A stretch of DNA of 64,000 nucleotides from positions 1-64,000 of IMG/VR virus record IMGVR_UViG_3300025674_000021; one strand, written 5' to 3'. Numbering within the stretch: position 1 is the first letter of the stretch; each line of letters opens with the position of its first letter. The notes under the pieces were generated by a model. That model did not search any database, was not told where the DNA came from, and saw only the letters and a program-made list of their open reading frames with translations. This document shows, in pieces, positions 30,301-40,935 of this stretch. Source of the stretch: a virus. Both the position numbers and the translations under genes were made by a program.

Positions 30301-30705
30301 ATGCAAGATTTTAATGAAGATGACATGTCCATTGACGTGAATGTAACAGAAGCATCAATTGTCAAGAAGGAAGAAAAGCAGAAACCTGATGACATCACAA
30401 AAGATTATGAGTATACCCGTGCAAATTTATATTCATTGATTGAAAAAGGTCAGGAAGCAATCAACGGTATCATGGAACTTGCTGGAGAAGGTGGCAGTCC
30501 AAGAGCATATGAAGTTGCGGGACAATTAATTAAGAACGTTGCAGACACGACAGATAAATTGATTGATCTTCAGAAGAAACTGAAAGAAGTTGAAGAAGAA
30601 TCCAATAAAACTACTAATGTTACTAATAATGCTTTCATATTTGAAGGTCCTACAAATCAACTCTCCAAGTTACTAAAAGAAGGTTTTCTAAATAATAAAG
30701 AGTAA
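30301..30705 (+). CDS. gp16: Terminase small subunit gp16
   Basis: DYEYTRANLY, PRAYEVAGQLIK, TNN motif. Confidence 0.9.
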   Translation: MQDFNEDDMSIDVNVTEASIVKKEEKQKPDDITKDYEYTRANLYSLIEKGQEAINGIMELAGEGGSPRAYEVAGQLIKNVADTTDKLIDLQKKLKEVEEESNKTTNVTNNAFIFEGPTNQLSKLLKEGFLNNKE

Positions 30706-30718
30706 TCTCTCATTACTA

Positions 30719-32554
30719 ATGGGTTGGTCTAGTAAATATAAAAAATCAATTGATTGTAAGAACCCAAAAGGTTTTTCTCAAAAAGCACACTGCCAAGGCA
30801 AAAAGAAAATGAATGAGCAAATGACTCAGCAAAATAAAGCTGAATACATGGCGCAACGGTTACTTAATAAGGCGAGAGGTGTTGCCGCCAAATATGATGC
30901 TGCCAAAAAAGCGGCAAAAGATGTGAAAACAACATCTGGTAGTGTAACCATTCCCGAAGAAACTTGTCCTGTTTGTGCATTTGACCCTTGCCAATGCCTT
31001 GAAAGTACTATTACTGAAAAACGTGATGGCAAATCTTCCAAAGATCCTGGATATTCTCTTCGTGACTGGTTCAAAGGTGGTGGATGGGTTCAGGCTGGTG
31101 GTAAGTATGATGGAAAACCTTGTGCTAAACAACCAGGACAAAAAACTAAACCTTTCTGTCGTGATGCAGACGATCGTGCTGCAATGAGTAAGATTGAAAG
31201 AAACAAAAGAGCTGCTAAAAAACGCAAAGAAGATCCAAATCCTGATAGGAAAGGGAAGGCAAAGAACGTGAAACAAGAATCTTTTTCAAACTGGAGAGCA
31301 GACTTAGAGCAACTTGATGAAATGGGTCTTGCCAATGCAATTAGAGTTGGTGGGGCAGTAGGTGCGGCTATTGGTGGAGGAGTTTTAGTTAATAAAGCAA
31401 AAGAATCGGCGCAGAGATTGAGAAATGCTGCCGATAAGCGTATGGGCAAACCACCAACCTATCAAAAGAACTCATATCAACCAGAAGGTGAAAATATTCA
31501 AGAATTTGGTGGTTTGATAGATAGGGTGAAATCTGCTGGTAGAAAAGTAGCAGTCAAAACCGGCGAAAGAGTTGGTGAAAGAATAGGAAAAGAAAAGGCA
31601 GGTCCTATTGGTGGAATGATTGGTAAGGGAAGAGGTGGTAAAACTGGTGGAAAAGCTTACGATCAAGCTACCAGTGGAAACGTTGGTGGTGCAGTAAACA
31701 CTATTCGTGATGCACTGTCCAATTCATATGAACCAGAAGGTGGACTGGTTGATGAAGGCAAGAAAGACGCTTGCTATCATAAGGTTAAGTCGCGTTATTC
31801 TGTTTGGCCAAGTGCATATGCATCTGGTGCTTTAGTGAAGTGTCGTAAGAAAGGTGCTGCTAATTGGGGAAACAGCAAGAAAACTAGAAAAGAATCATTT
31901 GAATTTTCTAATTGGAGAGATGACTTTCAACCAACTGAATATGAATTTATTGACATTATTAAAACAACACCTATGAAAGGTCTTGCTGAAGCAAAGACAA
32001 AAGATCATGAGCATCAGATGGCAAGATCTGAAATCTCTAAAATTGTCTCTGCAGCAGGAAGATTAAAGAAAAAGGTAAAAGGTGAAGGGAACCTGAAGGC
32101 ATGGGTTCAATCAAAGATCACTAGAGCAGCAGATTATATTGATACTGCAGCAGATTATATGGATGGTCATGAGGGAAGTGATACTCATGAATCTGTAAAC
32201 GAAAAGTGTTGGGATGGATATGTTCAGAAGGGATTGAAGAAAAAAGGGAAGAGAATGGTTCCCAACTGCGTAAAAGAGTTTTCTGACTGGAGATCTGATA
32301 TTGAGGAAGGTGCTGCTTGGACTAGAAAAGAAGGAAAAAACAAATCAGGTGGATTGAATGAAAAAGGACGTAAGTCCTATGAGCGTGAGAATCATGGTTC
32401 AGACCTTAAAGCACCAAGTAAGAAGGTTGGAAATCCTCGCCGCAAATCATTCTGTGCAAGAATGAAAGGGATGAAAGCAAAACTTACTTCGAAAAAAACT
32501 GCTAGCGATCCAGATAGCAGAATTAACAAATCACTCAGAGCTTGGAACTGCTGA
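30719..32554 (+). CDS. Modular basic protein; putative capsid-internal polyprotein
   Basis: Basic modules separated by repeated acidic linkers (FS[ND]WRxD x3, NSY[QE]PEG x2) ending in [ILVM]xE; TAAATA at 30688. Confidence 0.75.
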   Translation: MGWSSKYKKSIDCKNPKGFSQKAHCQGKKKMNEQMTQQNKAEYMAQRLLNKARGVAAKYDAAKKAAKDVKTTSGSVTIPEETCPVCAFDPCQCLESTITEKRDGKSSKDPGYSLRDWFKGGGWVQAGGKYDGKPCAKQPGQKTKPFCRDADDRAAMSKIERNKRAAKKRKEDPNPDRKGKAKNVKQESFSNWRADLEQLDEMGLANAIRVGGAVGAAIGGGVLVNKAKESAQRLRNAADKRMGKPPTYQKNSYQPEGENIQEFGGLIDRVKSAGRKVAVKTGERVGERIGKEKAGPIGGMIGKGRGGKTGGKAYDQATSGNVGGAVNTIRDALSNSYEPEGGLVDEGKKDACYHKVKSRYSVWPSAYASGALVKCRKKGAANWGNSKKTRKESFEFSNWRDDFQPTEYEFIDIIKTTPMKGLAEAKTKDHEHQMARSEISKIVSAAGRLKKKVKGEGNLKAWVQSKITRAADYIDTAADYMDGHEGSDTHESVNEKCWDGYVQKGLKKKGKRMVPNCVKEFSDWRSDIEEGAAWTRKEGKNKSGGLNEKGRKSYERENHGSDLKAPSKKVGNPRRKSFCARMKGMKAKLTSKKTASDPDSRINKSLRAWNC

Positions 32555-32556
32555 TC

Positions 32557-32880
32557 ATGTCAAAAAACAATCAAATAACAGAAAACGTTAGTATTCAAGG
32601 TGACTTCAATGGAACTTTGAATATTAATTCTCCGTCAGAACAACAACAAAATTTTGGTGAGGATTATACTGCTGATATAGTTTGGCAAGGAAATCTTTAT
32701 CGTATGGATATTAATAGTAAAGGTGTTCCTTCAAAACAAGATCTTGGAGAACAACTTCAAGGTGATTATCCAGGTGCGATAGTACATAATATTTACCCAT
32801 CAAATACAATCAATAACAATACTATGAGAATTACTGGAATCAAAAGATATCAACCAGAGAGATTGACTTGGGGAGAATGA
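32557..32880 (+). CDS. Hypothetical protein (start probably ATG 32557)
   Basis: YTADIVWQGNLYRM...YPGAIVHNIYP. Confidence 0.7.
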   Translation: MSKNNQITENVSIQGDFNGTLNINSPSEQQQNFGEDYTADIVWQGNLYRMDINSKGVPSKQDLGEQLQGDYPGAIVHNIYPSNTINNNTMRITGIKRYQPERLTWGE

Positions 32881-32883
32881 TTT

Positions 32884-34239
32884 ATGGCACAGTGGAATAA
32901 AAATATACAAGATTATCTCAATCAAGAGAGGACTCTTTTTGAAGTTTTTATGTGTGCCGATAGATACGGCAATATTGGAAACTGTGGAGTAACTTCTGGA
33001 CCTACCAGTGGTGGGTCTGATGCTTTTGGTAGGATGAGAGTATCCGACACTTTCACTCTTGCCGACTATTCTCATATTTATGGTGAAGAGGTAGAACTTC
33101 TTACAAAGACTGTTGGTGCAGCATCAACAACTGAGGTAAATCCAAATACAGCATCTATTGCCCTGATTGTTGGAACTGGTGCAACAGATCAGGTGATTCA
33201 CCAGTCCAGAATGTATCACCACTACATGCCTGGTAAGTCACAGTTTGTGCTTACTAGTTTTAACTTCACCGATGTAAGAGAAAATACTACGAAGAAGATT
33301 GGATATTTTGATGATAGAAATGGAGTATTTGTTCAACAGGAGGGAGACGGAACTGTTTCTGTTGTAAGACGATCATATAACACGGGAATTACCAGTGATA
33401 CAGTTGTCAATCAATCCGATTGGAATCTGGATAAGTTAGATGGAACAACTCTTTCTGGTATTAATATAGATTTCACAAAAACCCATCTGTTTGCAGCAGA
33501 CTTTCAGTGGTTAGGTGTTGGTAGAGTTCGTTGTGGATTTGTCATCGGTGGACAGATGATTTATTTCCACGAGTTTAATCATTCCAACATTGAAGAACAC
33601 GCATACTGGTCACTCCCATCTCTTCCCATTCGTTGTGAGGTTGCTAATACTGGAGCTGCTGTGGGTATTACATCAATGGAACAAATCTGCTCCACTGTAA
33701 TGAGTGAGGGTGGATATGTTGAGACTGGTGTTGAGTTTGCTGCCTTTGATGGTCCAATATCTTTTTCCAGTGCTGGTGGTGCGACTGCGAGACAGTGTGT
33801 TATGGCAATTCGTTGTAAGAACACATTTAAGGGAATTCCAAACAGAACAACTGTAAGAGTAACTGACATTGAAGTTTTGAGTGATTCTACAAATTGCAGA
33901 ATTGAACTTTGGAGATTACCTGGAAATAGTAATATTACTGGTGGAACTTGGGTGGATGCTGATAATGATTCAGCAGTTGAATATAATGTCACGGTAGGGA
34001 CTAACTTCACAACAACTGGTGGAGATTTGAGACAGGCAACTTTGATTGCTGCTAATAATCCATCAGGTAAACAAGCATCTGCTAGTGTTGCATTTAATCC
34101 AACGACTGCTAGAAGATCTTACATAGCACAAAATATTGACTCTAATGATAGTAATATTTTTGCTGTTATTGTGAATAATCTAGATACTAATACGACAACC
34201 GATGTCTTTAATACTATTCAGTGGCGAGAAACCAGATAG
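32884..34239 (+). CDS. Beta-rich hypothetical protein, possibly virion structural
   Basis: 451 aa; DAFGRMRVS, YMPGKSQ, DFQWLGVGRVRCGF motifs seen in phage proteins; function unknown. Confidence 0.7.
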   Translation: MAQWNKNIQDYLNQERTLFEVFMCADRYGNIGNCGVTSGPTSGGSDAFGRMRVSDTFTLADYSHIYGEEVELLTKTVGAASTTEVNPNTASIALIVGTGATDQVIHQSRMYHHYMPGKSQFVLTSFNFTDVRENTTKKIGYFDDRNGVFVQQEGDGTVSVVRRSYNTGITSDTVVNQSDWNLDKLDGTTLSGINIDFTKTHLFAADFQWLGVGRVRCGFVIGGQMIYFHEFNHSNIEEHAYWSLPSLPIRCEVANTGAAVGITSMEQICSTVMSEGGYVETGVEFAAFDGPISFSSAGGATARQCVMAIRCKNTFKGIPNRTTVRVTDIEVLSDSTNCRIELWRLPGNSNITGGTWVDADNDSAVEYNVTVGTNFTTTGGDLRQATLIAANNPSGKQASASVAFNPTTARRSYIAQNIDSNDSNIFAVIVNNLDTNTTTDVFNTIQWRETR

Positions 34240-34249
34240 GTAATTTTTT

Positions 34250-35938
34250 ATGAGTGACAACGTTTATCTTGGTAATCCCAATCTTAAGAAAGCTAATACC
34301 CCTATTCAATTTACAGAAGAAAATGTAATTGAATATCTTAAGTGTAGAGATAATCCAATTTATTTTGCAAAAAACTATGTTCAGATTGTATCTCTCGATA
34401 AGGGTCTAGTCCCTTTTGAGATGTACCCTTTTCAGGAAAAATTAATTCAAAATTTCCATGATAATAGGTTTAATATCTGTAAGATGCCACGTCAAACTGG
34501 TAAATCTACAACTTGTGTTTCATATCTGCTGCATTACCTTATTTTTAACGACAATGTTAACATCGGGATTCTAGCAAACAAAGCACCAACTGCGAGAGAG
34601 ATTCTTGGTAGGTTACAACTTGCTTACGAAAACTTGCCAAGATGGATGCAGCAGGGTATCATATCATGGAATAAAGGATCGGTTGAATTAGAAAATGGCA
34701 GTAAAATATTGGCATCTTCTACGTCTGCAAGTGCTGTCAGAGGTATGTCGTTTAACATCCTCTTTCTCGACGAGTTCGCGTTCGTCCCAAATCACATTGC
34801 TGACTCGTTCTTTGCATCTGTTTATCCTACTATTACGTCTGGTAAATCAACCAAAGTAATTATTGTCTCAACGCCACACGGTATGAATCATTTCTACCGT
34901 ATGTGGCACGATGCGGAAAGAGAGAAGAACGAATACGTACCAACAGAAGTTCATTGGTCAGAAGTTCCTGGAAGAGACCTTGAATGGAAGGAACAAACGA
35001 TTGCAAACACTTCTGAACAGCAGTTCAAAGTTGAGTTTGAATGCGAATTCTTAGGATCGATCAATACTCTGATCAATCCAGCAAAATTAAAAAACCTTGT
35101 ATACGAAGACCCTATAAAGAGAAACAAAGGTCTAGACATATATGAAGGTCCAAAAGAAGATCACGAATATCTAATTACAGTTGACGTTGCTCGGGGTATG
35201 GGCAATGACTATTCAGCATTCATTATATTTGATATAACGCAGTTCCCGTATAGAGTTGTAGGTAAATATAGGAATAATGAAATCAAACCGATGCTGTTTC
35301 CAAGCATCATTGAGGATGTTGCAAAGGGATATAATCAGGCATGGTTATTGATTGAAGTCAATGATATTGGTGATCAAGTTGCCAGTATTATGCACTTTGA
35401 TCTTGAATACGACAATGTATTGATGTGTGCAATGAGAGGTCGTGCAGGTCAAGTTGTAGGTACAGGATTTAGTGGTAAGAAGTCCCAACTTGGTGTCAGA
35501 ATGACATCTGCAGTTAAGAAGTTGGGATGTTCAAACCTGAAAACTTTGCTGGAAGACGATAAGCTTCTTACAGTTGACTACGATATTATTGCAGAACTTA
35601 CAACATTCTCACAAAAACACAATTCTTTCGAAGCAGAAGACGGTTGTAATGATGACCTTGCAATGTGTCTTGTCATCTTTTCTTGGTTAGTTGCTCAGGA
35701 TTACTTCAGAGAAATGACGGACAATGATGTCCGAAAGAGAATTTACGAAGAGCAGAAAAATCAGATAGAACAAGACATGGCACCTTTTGGTTTTGTTCTT
35801 GATGGAATAGATGACGAAGGAACATTTGTAGAGAAAGAAACTGGTGATGTATGGGTTTCGTCAGGAAAAGAGAACCCTTTAGACACCTGGAATGTAGATG
35901 AATATGGTGATAGATCATACATGTGGGACTATAGGTGA
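34250..35938 (+). CDS. gp17: Terminase large subunit gp17
   Basis: YLGNPNLK, Walker A PRQTGKS, LDEFAF, STPHGMNHFY, DDLAMCL. Confidence 0.97.
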   Translation: MSDNVYLGNPNLKKANTPIQFTEENVIEYLKCRDNPIYFAKNYVQIVSLDKGLVPFEMYPFQEKLIQNFHDNRFNICKMPRQTGKSTTCVSYLLHYLIFNDNVNIGILANKAPTAREILGRLQLAYENLPRWMQQGIISWNKGSVELENGSKILASSTSASAVRGMSFNILFLDEFAFVPNHIADSFFASVYPTITSGKSTKVIIVSTPHGMNHFYRMWHDAEREKNEYVPTEVHWSEVPGRDLEWKEQTIANTSEQQFKVEFECEFLGSINTLINPAKLKNLVYEDPIKRNKGLDIYEGPKEDHEYLITVDVARGMGNDYSAFIIFDITQFPYRVVGKYRNNEIKPMLFPSIIEDVAKGYNQAWLLIEVNDIGDQVASIMHFDLEYDNVLMCAMRGRAGQVVGTGFSGKKSQLGVRMTSAVKKLGCSNLKTLLEDDKLLTVDYDIIAELTTFSQKHNSFEAEDGCNDDLAMCLVIFSWLVAQDYFREMTDNDVRKRIYEEQKNQIEQDMAPFGFVLDGIDDEGTFVEKETGDVWVSSGKENPLDTWNVDEYGDRSYMWDYR

Positions 35939-35954
35939 CTAAAAAGGTCTAAAT

Positions 35955-35962
35955 TATAAATA
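35955..35962 (+). promoter_or_regulatory. T4 late promoter
   Basis: TATAAATA upstream of gp18. Confidence 0.75.
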
Positions 35963-35999
35963 TTTCTAGATTAATTCTGGTTTTGTAGGAGAGTAAAAG

Positions 36000-38177
36000 A
36001 TGCCACTTAATTTAGCATCTCCTGGAATTGTAGTAAAAGAAATTGATTTAACCACAGGAAGAGTAACTCCTTCCTCTGACAAAGTTGGCGCAATTGTAGC
36101 ACCTTTTGCCAAAGGTCCTGTAAATTACCCAACTCTAATAGAGTCTGAGAACGATTTACTAAACACTTTCGGAGAACCATATTCCACGGATAAGCACTTT
36201 GAGCATTGGCTCGTTGCTTCCTCTTATCTAGCATATGGCGGATCACTTAGAGTCGTAAGAGCAGGAGACGATGGTCTCAAGAATGCTTATATCGGCACAG
36301 GTGCTTCGGTATATATTGAGAGTGCTGAAGATTACAGCAACAAAGGATATTCTGAGAATACCCTTGCTGGTAAAACTTTTGTTGCTAAGAATCCAGGTTC
36401 TTGGGCAAATGGCATCAACGTAGCATATATCGACTCTAGATCAGACCAGATTCTTTCCGGACCAAAAGACAGCGATCAGTTTGTTGGTCTCGGCGCTAAC
36501 GTATTCCAAACTATTACCGATGAAGCAATCGCTGGTATTGGCACAACAACTTCTCTAACAGGAACATTAAGAGGTATTGTTACTAAATCTGATAATTCTG
36601 GAATTGAAGTTAAAGTTCAAGCAATTATCAAAGGCAGCGAAGAAACTCTCATTGACTACACTCCATACGGAACTTATAAATTTAGATCTGGTTCTTTAGT
36701 TGGTTTTGGAACTAACAAGGATCAACTCGGATTTACTACTGCAGTTACTTCCCAGAAAGATTGGTTTGATGAGCAAACCTTAGACATCAATGCAACAACT
36801 CAAATTAAGTGGAATAGCATTGTAAGAAGACCAGGAACATCCACTCATGCAGCATCAAGAAGCTCTAGATTCGATGAACTTCACATCGTAGTCATTGACT
36901 CGAATGGAGATATCACCGGAAATGCTGGAACAATTCTTGAGAAGCATGAGGCACTTTCCAAGGCAACTGATGCTAAGTTCTCTGCAGGAAGTTCTCAGTA
37001 TTGGAGAAAGCACTTAGAAGATAACTCCGAATATATCTTTGGTCTTGATGGTCCAACCGGAACCGTAGTAACAGGTGCAGATGCAGGTGTGGGTCTAACC
37101 AGTTACATCCAAGAAGCAGATGGTGACTGGGATCAACCAGCAGAAGGAGTTATTTTTGACGGTAAGGGTTCTGAAACGGGAACTCTTGAGAATGGTAAGA
37201 ACTACAATGGAAAAACTGGTTTTTCAACTACCGGTTCTTTAGGTGGATCACTACAATCACTTAGTGCTGGTTACGACCTATTCCAGAATACAGAAGACAT
37301 TAATGTAGATTTCCTGATCATGGGATCTTCTGCATATGCAAAAGAAGAAGCACAGGCACTTGCAAATAAACTCATTGCAGTTGCCGGAATCAGAAAGGAT
37401 GCAGTTGCTTTCATCTCACCACATAGAGGAGCAGCAATCACTGATGGTGATTCTGGTTCTGCTTCGGTTAAAAAATCCGCAGACAAGATCACAGATAATA
37501 TTCTAGAATTCTATTCAGCAATTACATCATCTTCTTATGCGGTATTTGATACCGGTCATAAGTACATGTATGATCGTTTCTCGAATCAGTTCAGATATGT
37601 CCCTCTGAATGGAGACATCGCTGGAATCTGTGCAAGAAATGACATCAATAATTTCCCATGGTTCTCACCAGCAGGAAATCTTAGAGGTACAATCCTGAAT
37701 GCAATCAAACTTGCATACAACCCATCTAAATCTCAAAGAGATCAACTGTATACCAACAGAATTAACCCAGTAATCTTCTCACCAGGTTCTGGAATGATTC
37801 TATTCGGTGACAGAACTGGAATGGCGAAGGCATCTGCGTTTGATCGCATCAATGTACGTCGTCTGTTTATCTACCTCGAAGAGGCAATTTCAAGAGCAGC
37901 AAAAGATTCTCTGTTTGAGTTCAATGACGAACTTACAAGAACAAACTTCGTAAATACCGTTGAACCTTTCCTTCGTGATGTTCAGGCGAAGAGAGGTATT
38001 CAAGATTATGTCGTCGTTTGCGACGAGACAAACAACACTGCAGCAATCATTGATAATAATGAGTTTGTTGCTGACATTTACATTAAACCAGCAAGGTCTA
38101 TCAACTTTATTGGTCTGAACTTCATCGCCACTAAGACCGGCGTTGATTTTGAAGAGATCATCGGTAACTTTAATTAA
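36000..38177 (+). CDS. gp18: Tail sheath protein gp18
   Basis: SPGIVVKEIDLT, PWFSPAG, FDRINVRRLF, KPARSINFIGLNF. Confidence 0.96.
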   Translation: MPLNLASPGIVVKEIDLTTGRVTPSSDKVGAIVAPFAKGPVNYPTLIESENDLLNTFGEPYSTDKHFEHWLVASSYLAYGGSLRVVRAGDDGLKNAYIGTGASVYIESAEDYSNKGYSENTLAGKTFVAKNPGSWANGINVAYIDSRSDQILSGPKDSDQFVGLGANVFQTITDEAIAGIGTTTSLTGTLRGIVTKSDNSGIEVKVQAIIKGSEETLIDYTPYGTYKFRSGSLVGFGTNKDQLGFTTAVTSQKDWFDEQTLDINATTQIKWNSIVRRPGTSTHAASRSSRFDELHIVVIDSNGDITGNAGTILEKHEALSKATDAKFSAGSSQYWRKHLEDNSEYIFGLDGPTGTVVTGADAGVGLTSYIQEADGDWDQPAEGVIFDGKGSETGTLENGKNYNGKTGFSTTGSLGGSLQSLSAGYDLFQNTEDINVDFLIMGSSAYAKEEAQALANKLIAVAGIRKDAVAFISPHRGAAITDGDSGSASVKKSADKITDNILEFYSAITSSSYAVFDTGHKYMYDRFSNQFRYVPLNGDIAGICARNDINNFPWFSPAGNLRGTILNAIKLAYNPSKSQRDQLYTNRINPVIFSPGSGMILFGDRTGMAKASAFDRINVRRLFIYLEEAISRAAKDSLFEFNDELTRTNFVNTVEPFLRDVQAKRGIQDYVVVCDETNNTAAIIDNNEFVADIYIKPARSINFIGLNFIATKTGVDFEEIIGNFN

Positions 38178-38191
38178 TAGGTTTAACAACA

Positions 38192-38782
38192 ATGGCAACT
38201 AGAAATCAATTTAATCCACCCCCACTGAGAAAAATTACGGACTTTAAGTCCAAGTTGACGGGTGGCGGTGCAAGATCAAACCTTTTTGAAGTTGTTCTTT
38301 CTTTCCCAGGAATTGCTCCTGCTGACACCACAACTCTGGACAAAGCAAGATTTATGGTGAAGGGAGCAAACCTCCCTGCATCTAACATTGCTCCTCTGGA
38401 TGTTCCTTTTAGAGGAAGAACCCTAAAGGTTGCTGGAGATAGATCATTCGAAAGCTGGACTATTACCGTCATCAACGATACTGATTTTACAATCAGATCT
38501 GCATTCGAAAACTGGATGAATGCTATCAACAGAGTATCAAATTCTACTGGTGCTACTGATCCAACAACTTATACAGCAGATGCTTTCGTCTATCAACTTG
38601 ATCGTAACGGCGGAACACTGAGAGCATATCATTTCTATGATATCTTCCCATCATCTGTTGGTGCTATCGCACTTGATTCAGGTAACAGCAACATCCAAGA
38701 ATTCCCAGTTGAGTTCCAAATCCTCTGGTGGGAAGCAATCGTTGGTAACGCTCCTGAAGCAGGCGGCGAAAATATCGACTAA
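38192..38782 (+). CDS. gp19: Tail tube protein gp19
   Basis: GGARSNLFEV, VPFRGRTLKVAGDRSFESWTITVIND. Confidence 0.95.
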   Translation: MATRNQFNPPPLRKITDFKSKLTGGGARSNLFEVVLSFPGIAPADTTTLDKARFMVKGANLPASNIAPLDVPFRGRTLKVAGDRSFESWTITVINDTDFTIRSAFENWMNAINRVSNSTGATDPTTYTADAFVYQLDRNGGTLRAYHFYDIFPSSVGAIALDSGNSNIQEFPVEFQILWWEAIVGNAPEAGGENID

Positions 38783-38813
38783 ATAGATAAGATAAGATAG
38801 TTTACTTTATAAA

Positions 38814-40472
38814 ATGGCGAAACTTTTTGGTTTTTCGATTGATGATGGTCAAAATAAGAAGAAGGACTCTATCGCTTCCCCCGTTCCTCAGTCAAATGAG
38901 GACGGGGTTGATCACTATGTACAGTCAGGATTTTACGGTCAATACGTAGATATTGAAGGTGTATATAGAACAGAGTTTGACCTCATCAAGAGATACAGAG
39001 AAATGGCTCTGCATCCAGAATGTGATAACGTCATCGAAAGCATTGTAAATGAAGCAATTGTAAGTGACCTATACGATTCGCCAGTTGAAATTGAATTATC
39101 CAATTTAAATGCTAGCGATAGATTAAAACAGATTATTAGAGAAGAGTTTAAGTCGATCAAAGAGATGCTCGACTTCGACAGGAAATCTCATGAAATTTTT
39201 AGGAACTGGTATGTTGATGGTAGATTATTCTACTTTAAGGTAATTGACCAGAAAAATCCTGCTGCAGGTATTCAAGATATTAGATATATTGATCCACTGA
39301 AGATCAAACATATCAGACAAGAGAAGAAGAGAGACGCAAATCAACTTCAACCAAATTTTAAAAACACTGGCGAGTCATTCGACTTCCCAGAGATTGAAGA
39401 GTATTTCGTATATACTCAGGCATCTTCTCATCATAACAGTGCATATGGTGCTCAAAAGAAGACACTTAAAATTGCAAAAGATTCAATTGCATACTGCACC
39501 TCTGGTTTAGTAGATAGAAATAAAGGAACGATTCTTTCATATCTTCACAAAGCAATTAAGTCACTTAATCAACTTCGTATGATTGAGGACTCTTTGGTAA
39601 TTTACAGATTATCAAGAGCACCAGAACGTAGAATCTTCTACATTGATGTCGGTAACTTACCTAAAGTAAAAGCAGAGCAATACCTCAAAGAGGTCATGTC
39701 TCGCTATAGGAATAAACTTGTTTACGATGCTAACACTGGAGAAATCCGTGATGATCGTAAGTATATGAGTATGTTGGAAGATTTCTGGCTTCCTAGAAGG
39801 GAAGGTGGAAGAGGAACTGAGATTTCAACTCTACCTGGTGGAGGAAACCTTGGTGAACTTTCTGACGTTGAATATTTCCAAAAGAAACTATACAGATCTC
39901 TTGGAGTTCCAGAAACAAGAGTCGCTGGTGGTGGAGATGGATTTAACCTAGGAAGATCATCAGAAATTCTTCGTGATGAGTTGATGTTCTCTAAATTTGT
40001 TGGTCGTCTGAGAAAAAGATTTGGTAATCTTTTCAATGACCTACTCAAAACTCAATTAATCCTCAAGAATATTGTATCTCCTGAAGATTGGGAGGTTATG
40101 AGTGATCATATTCAATATGACTTCTTGTATGATAATCACTTTGCAGAGTTGAAGGAAGCAGAACTATTAACAAATAGAATGACGCTTGCTACAACTATGG
40201 AACCATATATTGGAAAGTATTACTCTACAGAATATATCCGTAAGAAAGTTCTTAGACAAACTGATAGCGAAATCATTGACATTGATGCTCAGATTGAAGA
40301 TGAAATTGAAAAAGGAATTCTTCCTGATCCTAATGCTCCGGTAGATGAGAATGGAAATCCTTTACCAACTGACGGATCAGTACAAGTTGGACAGAACGGA
40401 GAAGTTCCTATGGAACCTGTTGCAGACGAAAAAACAGTCGAAATACCTGAACCAAAGGGCGGTAAAATATAA
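38814..40472 (+). CDS. gp20: Portal vertex protein gp20
   Basis: YRLSRAPERRIFYIDVGNLP, EDFWLPRREGGRGTEISTLPGG. Confidence 0.97.
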   Translation: MAKLFGFSIDDGQNKKKDSIASPVPQSNEDGVDHYVQSGFYGQYVDIEGVYRTEFDLIKRYREMALHPECDNVIESIVNEAIVSDLYDSPVEIELSNLNASDRLKQIIREEFKSIKEMLDFDRKSHEIFRNWYVDGRLFYFKVIDQKNPAAGIQDIRYIDPLKIKHIRQEKKRDANQLQPNFKNTGESFDFPEIEEYFVYTQASSHHNSAYGAQKKTLKIAKDSIAYCTSGLVDRNKGTILSYLHKAIKSLNQLRMIEDSLVIYRLSRAPERRIFYIDVGNLPKVKAEQYLKEVMSRYRNKLVYDANTGEIRDDRKYMSMLEDFWLPRREGGRGTEISTLPGGGNLGELSDVEYFQKKLYRSLGVPETRVAGGGDGFNLGRSSEILRDELMFSKFVGRLRKRFGNLFNDLLKTQLILKNIVSPEDWEVMSDHIQYDFLYDNHFAELKEAELLTNRMTLATTMEPYIGKYYSTEYIRKKVLRQTDSEIIDIDAQIEDEIEKGILPDPNAPVDENGNPLPTDGSVQVGQNGEVPMEPVADEKTVEIPEPKGGKI

Positions 40473-40475
40473 ATA
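40468..40475 (+). promoter_or_regulatory. T4 late promoter
   Basis: TATAAATA overlapping the gp20 stop. Confidence 0.7.
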
Positions 40476-40506
40476 ACATTATATCAACATAATACCAATT
40501 TTTTTC

Positions 40507-40677
40507 ATGGAAGATATTATCGACTTGATTGCAACTGATGCTTCACCTTCTCAAGTTTCTGACAGTATTAAACAACAACTTTTTGCAAAATCTGTAGAAA
40601 GAATTAATACAATGAGACCTGAAGTTGCTAGCAATATGTTTAGTGACGAAGATAGCGAAACAGGAACAGAAGAATGA
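40507..40677 (+). CDS. Small acidic prohead core protein (gp67-like), 56 aa; not in ORF track
   Basis: MEDIIDLIATDASPSQVSDSIKQQLFAKSVERINTMRPEVASNMFSDEDSETGTEE; position after gp20 matches T4 gp67. Confidence 0.65.
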   Translation: MEDIIDLIATDASPSQVSDSIKQQLFAKSVERINTMRPEVASNMFSDEDSETGTEE

Positions 40678-40931
40678 TCGTAAAACCATTAACAGCTGCT
40701 GTTGACGTTAGTACGGCTCCAAGTAATTTGGATTCGGCAAGTGTTATCTCTGTAGTTAATACAAGCAATGCTGCGGTATCTATTACTTTAGCAGGATCTG
40801 TATCAATCCCATTTTGGATTGGTGCAGGGGAAAGAATTAGTATTGAGAAAGAATACGCAGCGACTGTTGTATGTGACCCAGCTCAATCTGCAGGAACTGT
40901 TTACGCAAATAAAGTAGCATACACAAATTAA
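40674..40931 (+). CDS. Hypothetical protein in the head operon
   Basis: 85-aa ORF between the gp67-like gene and gp21. Confidence 0.7.
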   Translation: MIVKPLTAAVDVSTAPSNLDSASVISVVNTSNAAVSITLAGSVSIPFWIGAGERISIEKEYAATVVCDPAQSAGTVYANKVAYTN

Positions 40932-40935
40932 TCAA

